Shown piece by piece: positions 27,495 to 37,017 of a stretch of DNA of 64,000 nucleotides (within the stretch, counting starts at the first letter, position 1; each line of letters begins with the position of its first letter). Under the pieces are notes generated by a model, which had not been told where the DNA came from, did not search any database, and was given only the letters and a program-made list of their open reading frames with translations. A program made the position numbers and the translations under genes. The DNA lies in NCBI GenBank assembly GCA_964644375.1, contig CAZXWJ010000001.1, positions 2,124 to 66,123 on the forward strand, in the 5' to 3' direction. The stretch comes from an uncultured Desulfobacteraceae bacterium (lineage in GTDB: Bacteria > Desulfobacterota > DSM-4660 > Desulfatiglandales > HGW-15).

Positions 27495-27537
27495 TGGGCC
27501 CGGCGACTTATGCTGAGAGGAATAAGGAGAGAATGCC

Positions 27538-28155
27538 TTGCCAGCTACGACCAAAACAAACTCGCAACTTGTAGTAAACGGAATTTTAAACGAAAACCCC
27601 ATCTTCCGCCTGGCCCTTTCCATGTGCCCGGCCGTCGGTATCAGCACCTCGGTCATGAACGGTCTGCTCCTGGGAATCGCCGTCCTGTTCGTGCAGGTCT
27701 TTTCCAGTTGCACGATTGCGGCCATCAAGGACTATATTCATCCCCGCATTCGGATACCGACATACACGCTCACGATTGCGACCTGGGTAACGGTCATCGA
27801 TCTTATGCTGGCGGCCTACATGCCCGCGGCGTACAAGGAAATGGGTATCTTTGTCAAGCTCATAGTCGCCTTTGCCATCATTACCATGCGCTTGGAGACC
27901 TTCGCCTGCAAGAACACGGTAACCTCCTCTTTTTGGGACGGCATCGGCATGGGATTGGGATTCATGTTCGGGATGATGGCTCTCGGTTTCGTCAGAGAGC
28001 TTCTGGGTATGGGAACGCTTTTCGGAGTTGACGTCCTCGGCTTCCGTCCCTTGCTTTTCTTTGTCCTTCCGGCGGCAGGTTTTTTTGCTGTAGGCTTCAT
28101 GATGGCCCTCTATAATTATCTAGAGCTGGCCTATAACCGCAAGAAAAAGGGTTAA
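27538..28155 (+). CDS. rnfE: Rnf complex subunit E (RnfE)
   Basis: NENPIFRLALSMCPAVGISTSVMNGLLLG and the rest match the NqrD/RnfE pattern. TTG start lies 8 nt after GGAG. Confidence 0.9.
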   Translation: MPATTKTNSQLVVNGILNENPIFRLALSMCPAVGISTSVMNGLLLGIAVLFVQVFSSCTIAAIKDYIHPRIRIPTYTLTIATWVTVIDLMLAAYMPAAYKEMGIFVKLIVAFAIITMRLETFACKNTVTSSFWDGIGMGLGFMFGMMALGFVRELLGMGTLFGVDVLGFRPLLFFVLPAAGFFAVGFMMALYNYLELAYNRKKKG

Positions 28156-28161
28156 TAAACG

Positions 28162-29124
28162 ATGTCAGTCTTCAAACGGAACAGTCTGTCTGTATGTCTA
28201 CTCTTGGTCCTAGCCCTGGTCTTTCTGACCGGATGCGGCCCAGAACACTCCTTCATTAAGAAGGTCTCTTTCAAAGACGCACAGAGTATCGTGGTCACCT
28301 TCGCCGGTCCTGTCGATGAGGGGTGGGCTAAAGAACTGAGCAACTACCAAGTTGTTGAGAAACCTGACCCCGATATTCGGCTGAATATCTCTACCGTGAC
28401 CGTCTCTCAAGATAGGATGTCCGTGATTCTGGGTTTTGAAGAGGCCTTGAATCAGGATAGCCCCCATATCCTGACCTTGAGTGAAATTCGCTCTGAGGAC
28501 AAATCTTTGGGGACCGCCATTCTCAGTGTCAAGAAGCTCTATGTGGGGTACCTGTTTTCCATCCTGATCGGCGCCATGGTTATCAACAATTTTGTCTTCA
28601 CAAAGTACCTGGGACTGTGCGTCTTTTTCGGCACATCTCAGAAAAAGAGTACGGCTGTGGGGATGGGCATTACCTTTACCCTGGTGATCGTCGTCAGCGC
28701 CATGATGGCTTGGTTCCTCTATCAATTCGTTCTCAAGCCCTATCGACTCGATTTCCTGCAAATTGTCGTCTTTATTGGGCTGGTCTCCCTCTCGGTACAG
28801 GCGGTGGATACCATCCTGAGAAAGGTGAACCCGATGCTGTTCAAGGCCTTCGGGGTTTACCTAGTTCTCGTTATTGCGAATTGTATCATCATCGCTGTAC
28901 CTCTGATTCTTGCGGATAATGAATACAATGGTTGGGAAAGCCTCATGCTTGCCTTTGGCGCTGGAGTCGGCTTTCTAATTGCACTGTTTTTGATGTCTTC
29001 AGTCCGTGAAAAGCTCGAACTGGCCAATGTCCCGCCTACCTTTAAGGGGCTTCCCATAGCCTTTGTTACGGCGGGTCTTTTTGCCCTTGCTTTTCTGGGA
29101 TTTTCCGGTATGTCTATCTTCTAG
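28162..29124 (+). CDS. rnfA: Rnf complex subunit A (RnfA) fused to an N-terminal lipoprotein-signal + Ig-like domain
   Basis: Residues about 125-320 align end to end with RnfA/NqrE (LIGAMVINNFVFTKYLGLCVFFG...VIANCIIIAVPL...FVTAGLFALAFLGFSG). Residues 1-124 form a signal peptide with lipobox LTGC plus a beta-rich domain. No stop codon separates the two parts. Confidence 0.88.
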   Translation: MSVFKRNSLSVCLLLVLALVFLTGCGPEHSFIKKVSFKDAQSIVVTFAGPVDEGWAKELSNYQVVEKPDPDIRLNISTVTVSQDRMSVILGFEEALNQDSPHILTLSEIRSEDKSLGTAILSVKKLYVGYLFSILIGAMVINNFVFTKYLGLCVFFGTSQKKSTAVGMGITFTLVIVVSAMMAWFLYQFVLKPYRLDFLQIVVFIGLVSLSVQAVDTILRKVNPMLFKAFGVYLVLVIANCIIIAVPLILADNEYNGWESLMLAFGAGVGFLIALFLMSSVREKLELANVPPTFKGLPIAFVTAGLFALAFLGFSGMSIF

Positions 29125-29272
29125 GCCCAAACGGGGCTTGGTCTAACGAATAATGCCAACAGGCATTATTCGGTTGTTGTTCGGTTTGAACGGAATCCGG
29201 CACCCAACGCGGAGAATTAAATGAATCCGCGGGTGTCTTTTGAGATCGCAAAAAAACACCAGAGGAATTTTC

Positions 29273-30139
29273 ATGGATCCTGCATTATTAAAACTGGCCC
29301 TCGGCGGTCTGGCTGTTTTAGGTTGTATTGGTCTTTTTTTCGGTATTGGCCTGGCCTTGGCCGCACACAAATTTGCCGTTAAGGCCAATCCACAGGTTGA
29401 AGAAGTCCTTGAAGTACTTGCAGGCGCCCAGTGAGGCGGCTGCGGCTTCGCCGGGTGCGAAGCATATGCCGAGGCCGTTGTCAATGATCCCGATGTCCCA
29501 CCCAATCTCTGCTTTCCCGGTAAGGCGGCCGTAGCGGAGTTGGTGGCGGAGATTACAGGCAAAAAAATGGCTGCTGTAGAAGACATGGTGGCCGCCGTAC
29601 GATGTTCAAGACAGGAAGGCAAAGTCGAACAAAAATACCGCTACATAGGTTACGGCTCATGCACGGGTGCCAATCTTGCTTTTGGAGGACCTCAGGGGTG
29701 CTCCTACGCGTGTGTGGGGTTGGGAGAGTGTGCGGATGCCTGCCCCTTTGACGCCATCACTATGGTGGACGGTTTCCCCCGGATTGATACCGAGGCCTGT
29801 GTGGGATGCGGGAGTTGTGTACGCACCTGCCCGAAAAAAATTATCGAACTCATTCCACTCAAGGCAAGGGTCTGGGTTCCCTGCAGCACCAAGGATCCCG
29901 GCAAAGCAGTACGTAAGATCTGCGAGATCGGTTGTATATCCTGTAAGATGTGCGTAAAGGTGTGCCCTGCAAAGGCCGTCACCCTTGAGGACAATATCGT
30001 CAAAATCGACCAGCAGAAGTGCCTGGACTACGGTTCAGAGTGTGGTGAAATCTGTGTGGAAAAGTGTCCGAGAAATATTTTCAGGCCCTACTCTACCGAT
30101 CAGGAAAAAGGCAGAGGCACCCTGACTGCGGCAGGCTGA
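29273..30139 (+). CDS. rnfB: Rnf complex subunit B (RnfB), read through in-frame TGA 29432-29434 as probable selenocysteine
   Basis: ORF-track pieces 29240-29434 and 29540-30139 are in the same frame, with no other stop between them. The joined product has an N-terminal TM helix, the motif AQ-[TGA]-GGCGFAGC...NLCFPG (the RnfB C-x2-C-x4-C-x16-C cluster site) and C-terminal polyferredoxin motifs. ATG 29273 lies 6 nt after AGAGGA. Confidence 0.85.
29445..29463 (+). promoter_or_regulatory. SECIS-like hairpin downstream of the rnfB TGA
   Basis: GCTTCGC-CGGGT-GCGAAGC: a perfect 7-bp stem with a 5-nt loop containing GGU, beginning 10 nt after the TGA. A possible lower stem pairs CGGC (29437-29440) with GCCG (29468-29471). 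Confidence 0.6.
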
Positions 30140-30260
30140 CATGATAACCACTTCAAAGGTCTGAGATCCGAATCTCGTAACATCCGGGGAATTACAAAAA
30201 AGTTGCTATCCCCCTGCCGGGATGGTAAAATCGATATCATTTTTTTGCTGGAGGCATGAC

Positions 30261-31319
30261 ATGAAAAACATGGATCAGCTGTCCCTACAAGGGGCCTTAA
30301 ACCGCCGGTCATTTCTTAAACTCTCCGGAATTTTGGGAGTAGGCGTAGCGTCAACCGGACTGGTGCCCCTCACGGCGGAAGCGGTCAGGTTTAACAGAAA
30401 GCAGTACAAGATATCCAAGACCCGACTGGCCATGGGCACGGTCGTTTCCATGACCCTGATTCACACGTCCAGAGACAAGGCTGAAAAGGCGATGGACCTG
30501 GCCTTTGATGAAATCGACAGGTTGACAGGATTGATGAGCCGTTTCGATAATGCCACAGCAGTCGCCTTACTGAACCGTGAGGGTTACCTGAAAGACCTTC
30601 CTCCGGAGGTGGCGCAAGTGGTCGACCGTTCTTTGCAGTACCACAAAGTCAGCCGGGGAGCCTTTGATATTACGGTCAAGCCTGTTGTAGATCTTTTCAA
30701 GAAGTCCTTTGAAGGGGAGGCCGCAAAAGGCCCTTCTGAGAAGGCCCTGAACGAGGCCCTTCAACTGGTGGATGCCGGAAACGTGACTCTTACGGGTCGC
30801 TCCGTTTCTTTCAAAAAGCCTGGAATGGGCATCACTCTGGACGGTATTGCCAAAGGCTACATTGTGGATCGGGCCTCCCAAATTCTTTCGAATCACGGCA
30901 TCAAAAATCATTTGATCAATGCAGGGGGCGACATCAGGACCAGGGGAGAAAAAGCCGAAAAGAAGCCTTGGACCGTCGCGATTCAGGACCCCCAAAAGAA
31001 AAAGAACTATCCCGATATCATACATATGCGAGATGGCGCTGTGGCCACTTCGGGGGATTATGAAATCTACTACGATCGTGAAAAGATGTTTCACCATATT
31101 GTGATCCCCCAAACAGGACTCTCTCCCGAACTGAACGCCAGTGTTTCCGTGCTGGCTGACACGGCCATGGATGCGGACGCCCTTTCGACGAGCGTCTTCG
31201 TCATGGCCCCCGAGAAGGGCATCCGCTTCATCAATACGATGGCCCAGTGTGAGTGCCTCATCATCGCCAAAGAGGGAAATCTGCTGAAATCGAAGGGATG
31301 GAAAAACGCTCAAGCGTAA
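30261..31319 (+). CDS. apbE: FAD:protein FMN transferase ApbE with Tat signal
   Basis: Twin-arginine signal NRRSFLKLSGILGVGVAS. ApbE blocks MGT, DITV, GIAKGY, NAGGDI and VATSGDYE. ATG 30261 lies 6 nt after GGAGG. Confidence 0.9.
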   Translation: MKNMDQLSLQGALNRRSFLKLSGILGVGVASTGLVPLTAEAVRFNRKQYKISKTRLAMGTVVSMTLIHTSRDKAEKAMDLAFDEIDRLTGLMSRFDNATAVALLNREGYLKDLPPEVAQVVDRSLQYHKVSRGAFDITVKPVVDLFKKSFEGEAAKGPSEKALNEALQLVDAGNVTLTGRSVSFKKPGMGITLDGIAKGYIVDRASQILSNHGIKNHLINAGGDIRTRGEKAEKKPWTVAIQDPQKKKNYPDIIHMRDGAVATSGDYEIYYDREKMFHHIVIPQTGLSPELNASVSVLADTAMDADALSTSVFVMAPEKGIRFINTMAQCECLIIAKEGNLLKSKGWKNAQA

Positions 31320-31343
31320 TGATATTTTTTCGCCTTATTGAAA

Positions 31344-31384
31344 AACGGGAGGGTTGCAGAAAAAGCATACCTCCCGTTTTTTTT
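31344..31384 (+). terminator. Rho-independent terminator of the rnf-apbE operon
   Basis: AACGGGAGG ... CCTCCCGTT: a 9-bp stem with a 17-nt loop, followed by an 8-T run. Begins 25 nt after the apbE stop. Confidence 0.7.
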
Positions 31385-31587
31385 AGTCTCAGGCACCGAG
31401 GTAATATCTCACCAAGTTTCTAAGCAGGAATGATGAAGGAACCAAGTGATAAGCGATCAGCCGGAACCAAACATTTTACCGAGATGCGTGGCGGTTATTA
31501 TGATACAATGCCAGATGGCTGATATATTGAGCGATAAATAGCGCTGGGAAGGGTCCGCCCCATAAAATGTCGGGCCTTTGATGTCTG

Positions 31588-33213
31588 TCATTTCCTAGGA
31601 AATGACGGGGGAACGACGACAGGATCGAGACTTGAACCGGAGAGGCTTTGATCGGATGTCTGGTGTGGGGCTTCAGACCAGAGAAATTTTTCTATCTGCA
31701 AAAGCATAGGACGGAGGGTCTGCCGATCCAGAGCGGAAATGGCAACCCCGTTCCATGATTGGGCCAGAGAATCCGCCTCTCGGGCATCGCAGCGATCGCA
31801 TTTGTTGAGCACCAGAAGGGTGGGAATCCTTTCCAGTTCCAGCTTCTTGAGGACTCCTTCAACGGCGGCGATCTGCTCTTCCATTCTGGGGCTGCCGGTA
31901 TCCACCACATGGAGTAGAAAGTCAGCATCCCGGAGTTCTTCCAGGGTGGCTGCAAAGGCCTCCATGAGATCTTCAGGCAGGTCCCGAATAAAACCAACCG
32001 TATCGGTAATAATGACCTCCCGGTCCCGCGGAAACCGCAAGCGTCTGCTGCTCGGATCCAGGGTAGCAAATAGCCTGTCTTCCACAAAGACCTCACTGTG
32101 TGTCAGGGCGTTTAGAAGAGTGGATTTGCCGGCATTGGTATAACCCACGATGGAAATCACGGGCAATCGCTTAGCATTGCGAAGTCGGCGCCGATCCTCC
32201 CTCTGCCTTTTAATCTTCCCGAGTTCCCGGTTCAACTTCGCAATACGCTCCCGAACCCGGCGGCGGTTGATTTCCAGTTTGGTTTCTCCGGGGCCCCTGC
32301 CTCCGATACCTCCCGTCAACCTTGACATGGCGGTGTTTTTTGTAGCCAGCCTGGGCAGTAAATATTTGAGCTGGGCCAATTCCACCTGGATCTTCCCCTC
32401 CCTGGTCACCGCTCTTCTTGCAAAAATATCCAATATGAGCTGGCTTCGATCAATGATCTTCAATTCGGTCAAATCCGTCAGGGTCCTGACCTGGGCCGGA
32501 GTGAGTTCGTGGTCAAAGATCAGGAGATTACAACCGGTCTGAAGGCACCTGAGGGCCAACTCTTGCAGCTTGCCTTTTCCAATCAGAAAGCGGGGATGGG
32601 CCCGTTTCACATTCTGGATGACGGTATCCGTCACATCCAGGTTGTTGGACACGGCCAATTCCCGCAATTCTTCAAGAGATTCTTTGGACCTCCACAAGGG
32701 GCCGGTACTGATACCGACAAGCAACGCACGCTCCTTTTGCTCAGGTTCCCTTGCACTCTCGGCTCTACCGAGCTCATCCTCGAGGGACGCGATCAATGCA
32801 GGAAAATCCACGTCCAATTGTCCGATATTCGGAACCCGTGTGATCCGCCACCCCTTGCCCCGAATATTTCTCGGAAGGATGTGGGCAAAGGATAAGGCCC
32901 CTGGAATACCGTCCTCTCCCGCCTGTACACACACCATAAGGTCCAGGCCGAGAAGGACCAAATCCGTAAGGTCTTCCCCTGACAGGGGTTCTCCATCCAG
33001 GTGGGTATGGACGCAACGAATCCCTTTCAATCTGCCCTTTCCGAGCCTGTACCTGCCCAAATCCGGAATCAGGATATGCCGGTTGTCTCCCACAACCACA
33101 TAGGCGATATCGCCTCTGCGAGTAAGCAACAGGGCGACCTGTCTTTGAATGTCACGGGAAATGGAGGAAATTTGACGTGTCAATTCAGGTGTAATAATCT
33201 CTTTTCCGGCCAC
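31588..33213 (-). CDS. hflX: GTPase HflX with about 155-aa N-terminal extension
   Basis: HflX N-domain (IDRSQLILDIFARRAVTREGKIQVELAQLKYLLPRL). G-domain with GYTNAGKST, DTVGF and NKCD. GTG start. Confidence 0.9.
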   Translation of the reverse strand: MAGKEIITPELTRQISSISRDIQRQVALLLTRRGDIAYVVVGDNRHILIPDLGRYRLGKGRLKGIRCVHTHLDGEPLSGEDLTDLVLLGLDLMVCVQAGEDGIPGALSFAHILPRNIRGKGWRITRVPNIGQLDVDFPALIASLEDELGRAESAREPEQKERALLVGISTGPLWRSKESLEELRELAVSNNLDVTDTVIQNVKRAHPRFLIGKGKLQELALRCLQTGCNLLIFDHELTPAQVRTLTDLTELKIIDRSQLILDIFARRAVTREGKIQVELAQLKYLLPRLATKNTAMSRLTGGIGGRGPGETKLEINRRRVRERIAKLNRELGKIKRQREDRRRLRNAKRLPVISIVGYTNAGKSTLLNALTHSEVFVEDRLFATLDPSSRRLRFPRDREVIITDTVGFIRDLPEDLMEAFAATLEELRDADFLLHVVDTGSPRMEEQIAAVEGVLKKLELERIPTLLVLNKCDRCDAREADSLAQSWNGVAISALDRQTLRPMLLQIEKFLWSEAPHQTSDQSLSGSSLDPVVVPPSFPRK

Positions 33214-33313
33214 TCTTCTCCGGTAGAGATTCTGGAGTTCCTTGATCTGGGCGGCCTTGAGGCCGCCAATTTTCCCTCTTACTCTCTCTATATCTCAGGC
33301 CTCGAAACGCGTA

Positions 33314-34693
33314 CTACGTTGGAAAGGGTTCGCCATATTGATCGTCTTCCGTATAGGCCTCGAAACGCGTACTCTCTTTCTTGAAATAGAGCTTGAAATA
33401 CCCGGTCGGGCCGTTACGCTGCTTGGCAAGAATAATCTCTGCGATATTGGCGTTTTCTTCAGTGACCGGATGATATACTTCATCCCGATATATAAATGCA
33501 ATGACGTCCGCATCCTGCTCGATGGCACCGCTTTCCCTCAAGTCTGCGAGCTGAGGTCGCTTGTTGGGACGGTCTTCCACTTTCCTGTTCAACTGGGAAA
33601 GGGCAACGACCGGCACATTGAGATCCTTGGCAAGGGCCTTAAGGGACCGGGAAATTTCCGCCATTTCAAGCTGACGCGATTCGGCTGATTTTCGGCCATG
33701 AATCAGCTGCATATAGTCAACGATGATGAGACCAATATCTTGTTTCTTTGCAAGTCTTCTGCATTTGGCTTTCATATCAAGTACGCCAATGCCGGAAGAA
33801 TCATCGAGAAAAATGGAGAGAGAGGAGAGGTTATTGGCGGCCTCGGTCAATTTCAACCAGTCCTTATCTCTCAAAAAACCCGTTCGAAGCTTGTTGGCAT
33901 CAATCTGGGCTTCAAAACCGAGCAATCGCATGCCAAGTTGCAGTTTCGACATTTCCAAAGAAAACATGACGACCGCCTTGCCCGTTTTTTCCGCAGCATG
34001 GTAGCCGACGTTCAAGGCAAAGGCCGTTTTGCCCATACTGGGCCTGCCCGCAATGATGATCAGGTCCGAGGGCTGGAGGCCGGCCGTCAAGTTATCAAAG
34101 TCCAAAAATCCCGTAGGCACGCCGGTCAGGGACCCCTCCTGTTCGGCAATACTTTCGAGTTTCCGGAAACTTCCCTTGACGACATCTTCCATGGAGGTGA
34201 AGCTCTCACCGATCTTGTCTTCGGCGATATCAAAAATAGATTGCTCTGCGATATCGAGGAGTTCATCGGTCTCATGCCAGTTTTGAAAGCAGGATTCGGA
34301 TATCACGGAACACTGGTTGATCAGTCTCCTGCGAATGGACAAATCACGTACGATATTGGCATGATAGACGATCCCCGCCGATGTTGAAACGGCATCCACC
34401 AGGGAAACGAGATAGTCCATTCCCCCTGCCTTTTCAAGGAGGTTCTTGCGGGTGAGGTGCTGGGTAAGGGTGATGAGATCGATAGGCTCATTGCTGTTGT
34501 AAAGGGCGGTCATCCCCTCAAAGAGATGAGAGTGGGCCTCGCGGTAGAAATCTTCCAGGGACAAAATATCCATGACCTGGTTCAGGGCATCGTTGTTGAT
34601 CAGGATGCCCGCCAAGATAGCCTGCTCGGCTTCCAAATTGTGCGGAGGAACCTTGAACGATGGAGGGACTAACTTTTCCTTTGTTTGAGGCAT
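33314..34693 (-). CDS. dnaB: Replicative DNA helicase DnaB
   Basis: PPHNLEAEQAILAGIL, Walker A GRPSMGKTAF, and LSQLNR...RESGAIEQDAD. The conserved N-terminus starts at ATG 34693. Confidence 0.93.
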   Translation of the reverse strand: MPQTKEKLVPPSFKVPPHNLEAEQAILAGILINNDALNQVMDILSLEDFYREAHSHLFEGMTALYNSNEPIDLITLTQHLTRKNLLEKAGGMDYLVSLVDAVSTSAGIVYHANIVRDLSIRRRLINQCSVISESCFQNWHETDELLDIAEQSIFDIAEDKIGESFTSMEDVVKGSFRKLESIAEQEGSLTGVPTGFLDFDNLTAGLQPSDLIIIAGRPSMGKTAFALNVGYHAAEKTGKAVVMFSLEMSKLQLGMRLLGFEAQIDANKLRTGFLRDKDWLKLTEAANNLSSLSIFLDDSSGIGVLDMKAKCRRLAKKQDIGLIIVDYMQLIHGRKSAESRQLEMAEISRSLKALAKDLNVPVVALSQLNRKVEDRPNKRPQLADLRESGAIEQDADVIAFIYRDEVYHPVTEENANIAEIILAKQRNGPTGYFKLYFKKESTRFEAYTEDDQYGEPFPT

Positions 34694-34824
34694 ATTGATC
34701 CTTGTTGTTGAGCCACGAGGCCCATGACCCAACCAGAGACCCCCTCTTCGAATGGATGATGGAGTCATTGCAGACCGTGTGTTGGGGCAAACGAAATGAA
34801 ACTGACGCAAGCAAAGGTCTTGCG

Positions 34825-35271
34825 CTAGGCCTCGGGAACCACAGTGACTTTAATGATCCCCGTAACCTCGGGATGGAGTTTTACGGAGACATCGAACTCG
34901 CCGAGTGTTTTTATGGGCTTTTCCAATACAAGTTTTTTTCGATTGATGTCCACGCCCAGCTTTTCAAGATGGGCGGCAATATCCATGGTGGTCACGGAAC
35001 CGTAGAGTTTTTCCTCTTCTCCCACTTTCTGGGCGATCGTGACGGTCAATTTGCCCAGTTCATCCCGAACCGTTTCAGCTTCCTCTTTGACCTTCAGCCT
35101 TCTTGCCTCGATTTTTTTCCGCTGTGTCCCCATGAGTTTGATATTCTCATTGGTGGCCTCGAGACCAAGCCCTTTGGGTATCAGGTAATTTCGTGCATAG
35201 CCCTTGGAAACATTCAGGATATCCCCCTCAAAGCCCAAATCGTCCACATTTTCTCTTAAAATAACCCTCAT
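34825..35271 (-). CDS. rplI: 50S ribosomal protein L9
   Basis: MRVILRENVDDLGFEGDILNVSKGYARNYLIPKGL; 148 aa from ATG 35271. Confidence 0.93.
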   Translation of the reverse strand: MRVILRENVDDLGFEGDILNVSKGYARNYLIPKGLGLEATNENIKLMGTQRKKIEARRLKVKEEAETVRDELGKLTVTIAQKVGEEEKLYGSVTTMDIAAHLEKLGVDINRKKLVLEKPIKTLGEFDVSVKLHPEVTGIIKVTVVPEA

Positions 35272-35290
35272 GAATACGTCCTCCGTATAT

Positions 35291-36232
35291 TTATTCAGTC
35301 GCCTTTTTGCAGTGTATTTTTCTAAAATCAACCCATTGGTCAAAAAGCCCGGCCATGGCCAGTCCAACCATGACAATCTGTTGGAAGATAATAAGCAGAT
35401 AAGCGCCTACCCTCAGCCAGGAAGGTACGTGATACTTTTTGAAGAAAAAGAGCACAATCGAGAGGCCATGAAACACATAGATGACCAACAGGACAATGAT
35501 GATATTGACAGCAAAAAATTTTAACCCGGGAAGGGGTAAAAATAAAGAAAAACCAGCCAGGATCAGCCCCCAAACCATGCGCTCAGGCGCACGCCATTGA
35601 TCCGTCGGGCCGAAATCGGGATATTCGAGATGAGTCGCCCTAAAAAGGGGTTTGCTGATCACCATATTCAACCAAACGATGAATCCCGTGCCGACTATCA
35701 CCAGTGCGGGGTAGATCCTTGAAATGATCGCAACCATTGCATTGACATATTCCTGTAATTTGAGGGCGCCTTCCTGCTCAGTCCCCATATTTCGGTAGAC
35801 CTGGAGCGTCTCGCTCAGATTGCTTTGAAAATAATCAAGAATCAAAGACGATGGTGCCAGGTTTTTCGTCAGTCCAATTGACACGATCATGCCCACGCCA
35901 ATCAAGAGCATGGATATTGTTCCCCAAAACACGGTGCGACCGAAAGAAAACCGTCTTCGGTAGATCACGGCCATTATCATGCCCAGCAGGCTTAGCTCCA
36001 GATAGAGCATAAGCAATTGTGGATATCCTGTCAGGTTGGCGATCAAACCGACGACTATGCCCGCAATGACGGCTATCTTCAGACCTGCAGAAAGACCCAT
36101 CTTGGTGGCATAATAAAGAAAAGGTAATGGTGTGAGAAGGCTAAGAAAAGGTCCTAGTAGCGGAATCCACGCTGAGGCTAAGATTAGAATAATGGCTGAG
36201 CCGACACACCCCAATGCATCAATTGATCTCAT
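35291..36232 (-). CDS. DUF2232 (YybS-like) polytopic membrane protein
   Basis: 313-aa multi-TM ORF between rpsR and rplI, the same position as yybS in Firmicutes. Family call rests on context and hydrophobicity pattern. Confidence 0.65.
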   Translation of the reverse strand: MRSIDALGCVGSAIILILASAWIPLLGPFLSLLTPLPFLYYATKMGLSAGLKIAVIAGIVVGLIANLTGYPQLLMLYLELSLLGMIMAVIYRRRFSFGRTVFWGTISMLLIGVGMIVSIGLTKNLAPSSLILDYFQSNLSETLQVYRNMGTEQEGALKLQEYVNAMVAIISRIYPALVIVGTGFIVWLNMVISKPLFRATHLEYPDFGPTDQWRAPERMVWGLILAGFSLFLPLPGLKFFAVNIIIVLLVIYVFHGLSIVLFFFKKYHVPSWLRVGAYLLIIFQQIVMVGLAMAGLFDQWVDFRKIHCKKATE

Positions 36233-36305
36233 GACTCCAACGAAAAGGCAATATGACTAAATCCCGACGGCCATCGTTCGAGGTAATCCCGGCTCGTTGC
36301 CCATA

Positions 36306-36557
36306 TCACCTGACAGTCGACGTGGTGAAGGGTAAAAGCGCGATGTTTCGCGCCCTTTTTATAGCCACAGCCAGGACCCTCTGGTGTTTTGCACAATTTC
36401 CGGAAATTCTTCGGGGAATGATCTTCCCGCGTTCCGTGGTAAAAAATCTGAGTGTCTTCGGATCTTTGTAGTCAATCTTCAGATTGCTGTCAGCACAAAA
36501 CCGGCAGATTTTTCTCCTGTGATACGTCGTCCTTCGTCTGCCTCTATCGAACGCCAT
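36306..36557 (-). CDS. rpsR: 30S ribosomal protein S18
   Basis: [61 protein letters not shown]. Confidence 0.93.
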   Translation of the reverse strand: MAFDRGRRRTTYHRRKICRFCADSNLKIDYKDPKTLRFFTTERGKIIPRRISGNCAKHQRVLAVAIKRARNIALLPFTTSTVR

Positions 36558-37017
36558 TTTTCACCTCGCTTGCAGTTTCTTCGTTTCCTTTGTCTTCGGG
36601 GGCCGAATTCTCTTCCTTGGCCGGTCCTTTCTCAGTGGCTTTCTCCGGTTCCTGTGCCTTCTTTTCAAAGGCCGCTTCACGGGACTTTTTGGCCTCTTCC
36701 TCCTTGAGGAGCAATTCCTCGGGATCAATGCTATCGGCCAATTTTACCGTCTGGTACAGAAGGATGCGGTCATCAAGCTTGAAGTACCTTTCGAGTTCGG
36801 CCGTCAATCCCGATAAACCACAATATTCGATACGGACATACGATCCCCTGTCGAATTTCCCAACATCATAGGCCATCTTCTGGGTGCCCCATTCATCGAC
36901 TTTTACAAGGATACCCTTTTCTTTCTCGATGATGTCGTTATACTTTGCCATGACCTCTTGATACGTATCGTCCCCCACATTTGGGTTGACGATATAAATG
37001 GTCTCATAATATCTCAT
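36544..37017 (-). CDS. rpsF: 30S ribosomal protein S6 with acidic C-terminal tail
   Basis: [14 protein letters not shown]...WGTQKMAY pattern. Overlaps the rpsR start by 14 nt. No ssb or priB lies between the two genes. Confidence 0.92.
   Translation of the reverse strand: MRYYETIYIVNPNVGDDTYQEVMAKYNDIIEKEKGILVKVDEWGTQKMAYDVGKFDRGSYVRIEYCGLSGLTAELERYFKLDDRILLYQTVKLADSIDPEELLLKEEEAKKSREAAFEKKAQEPEKATEKGPAKEENSAPEDKGNEETASEVKNGVR

Noticed and set aside
29143-29622. 159-aa minus-strand ORF antisense to the rnfB 5' region
   Set aside because: It lies entirely antisense to a well-supported, motif-rich gene. Its composition is Ala/Pro/Ser/Thr-rich and there is no SD. This is a typical shadow ORF.
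31430-31525. 30-codon ORF (MMKEPSDKRS...) between the rnf terminator and hflX
   Set aside because: The AGGA abuts the ATG with no spacer, and I have no basis for judging conservation. Likely chance.
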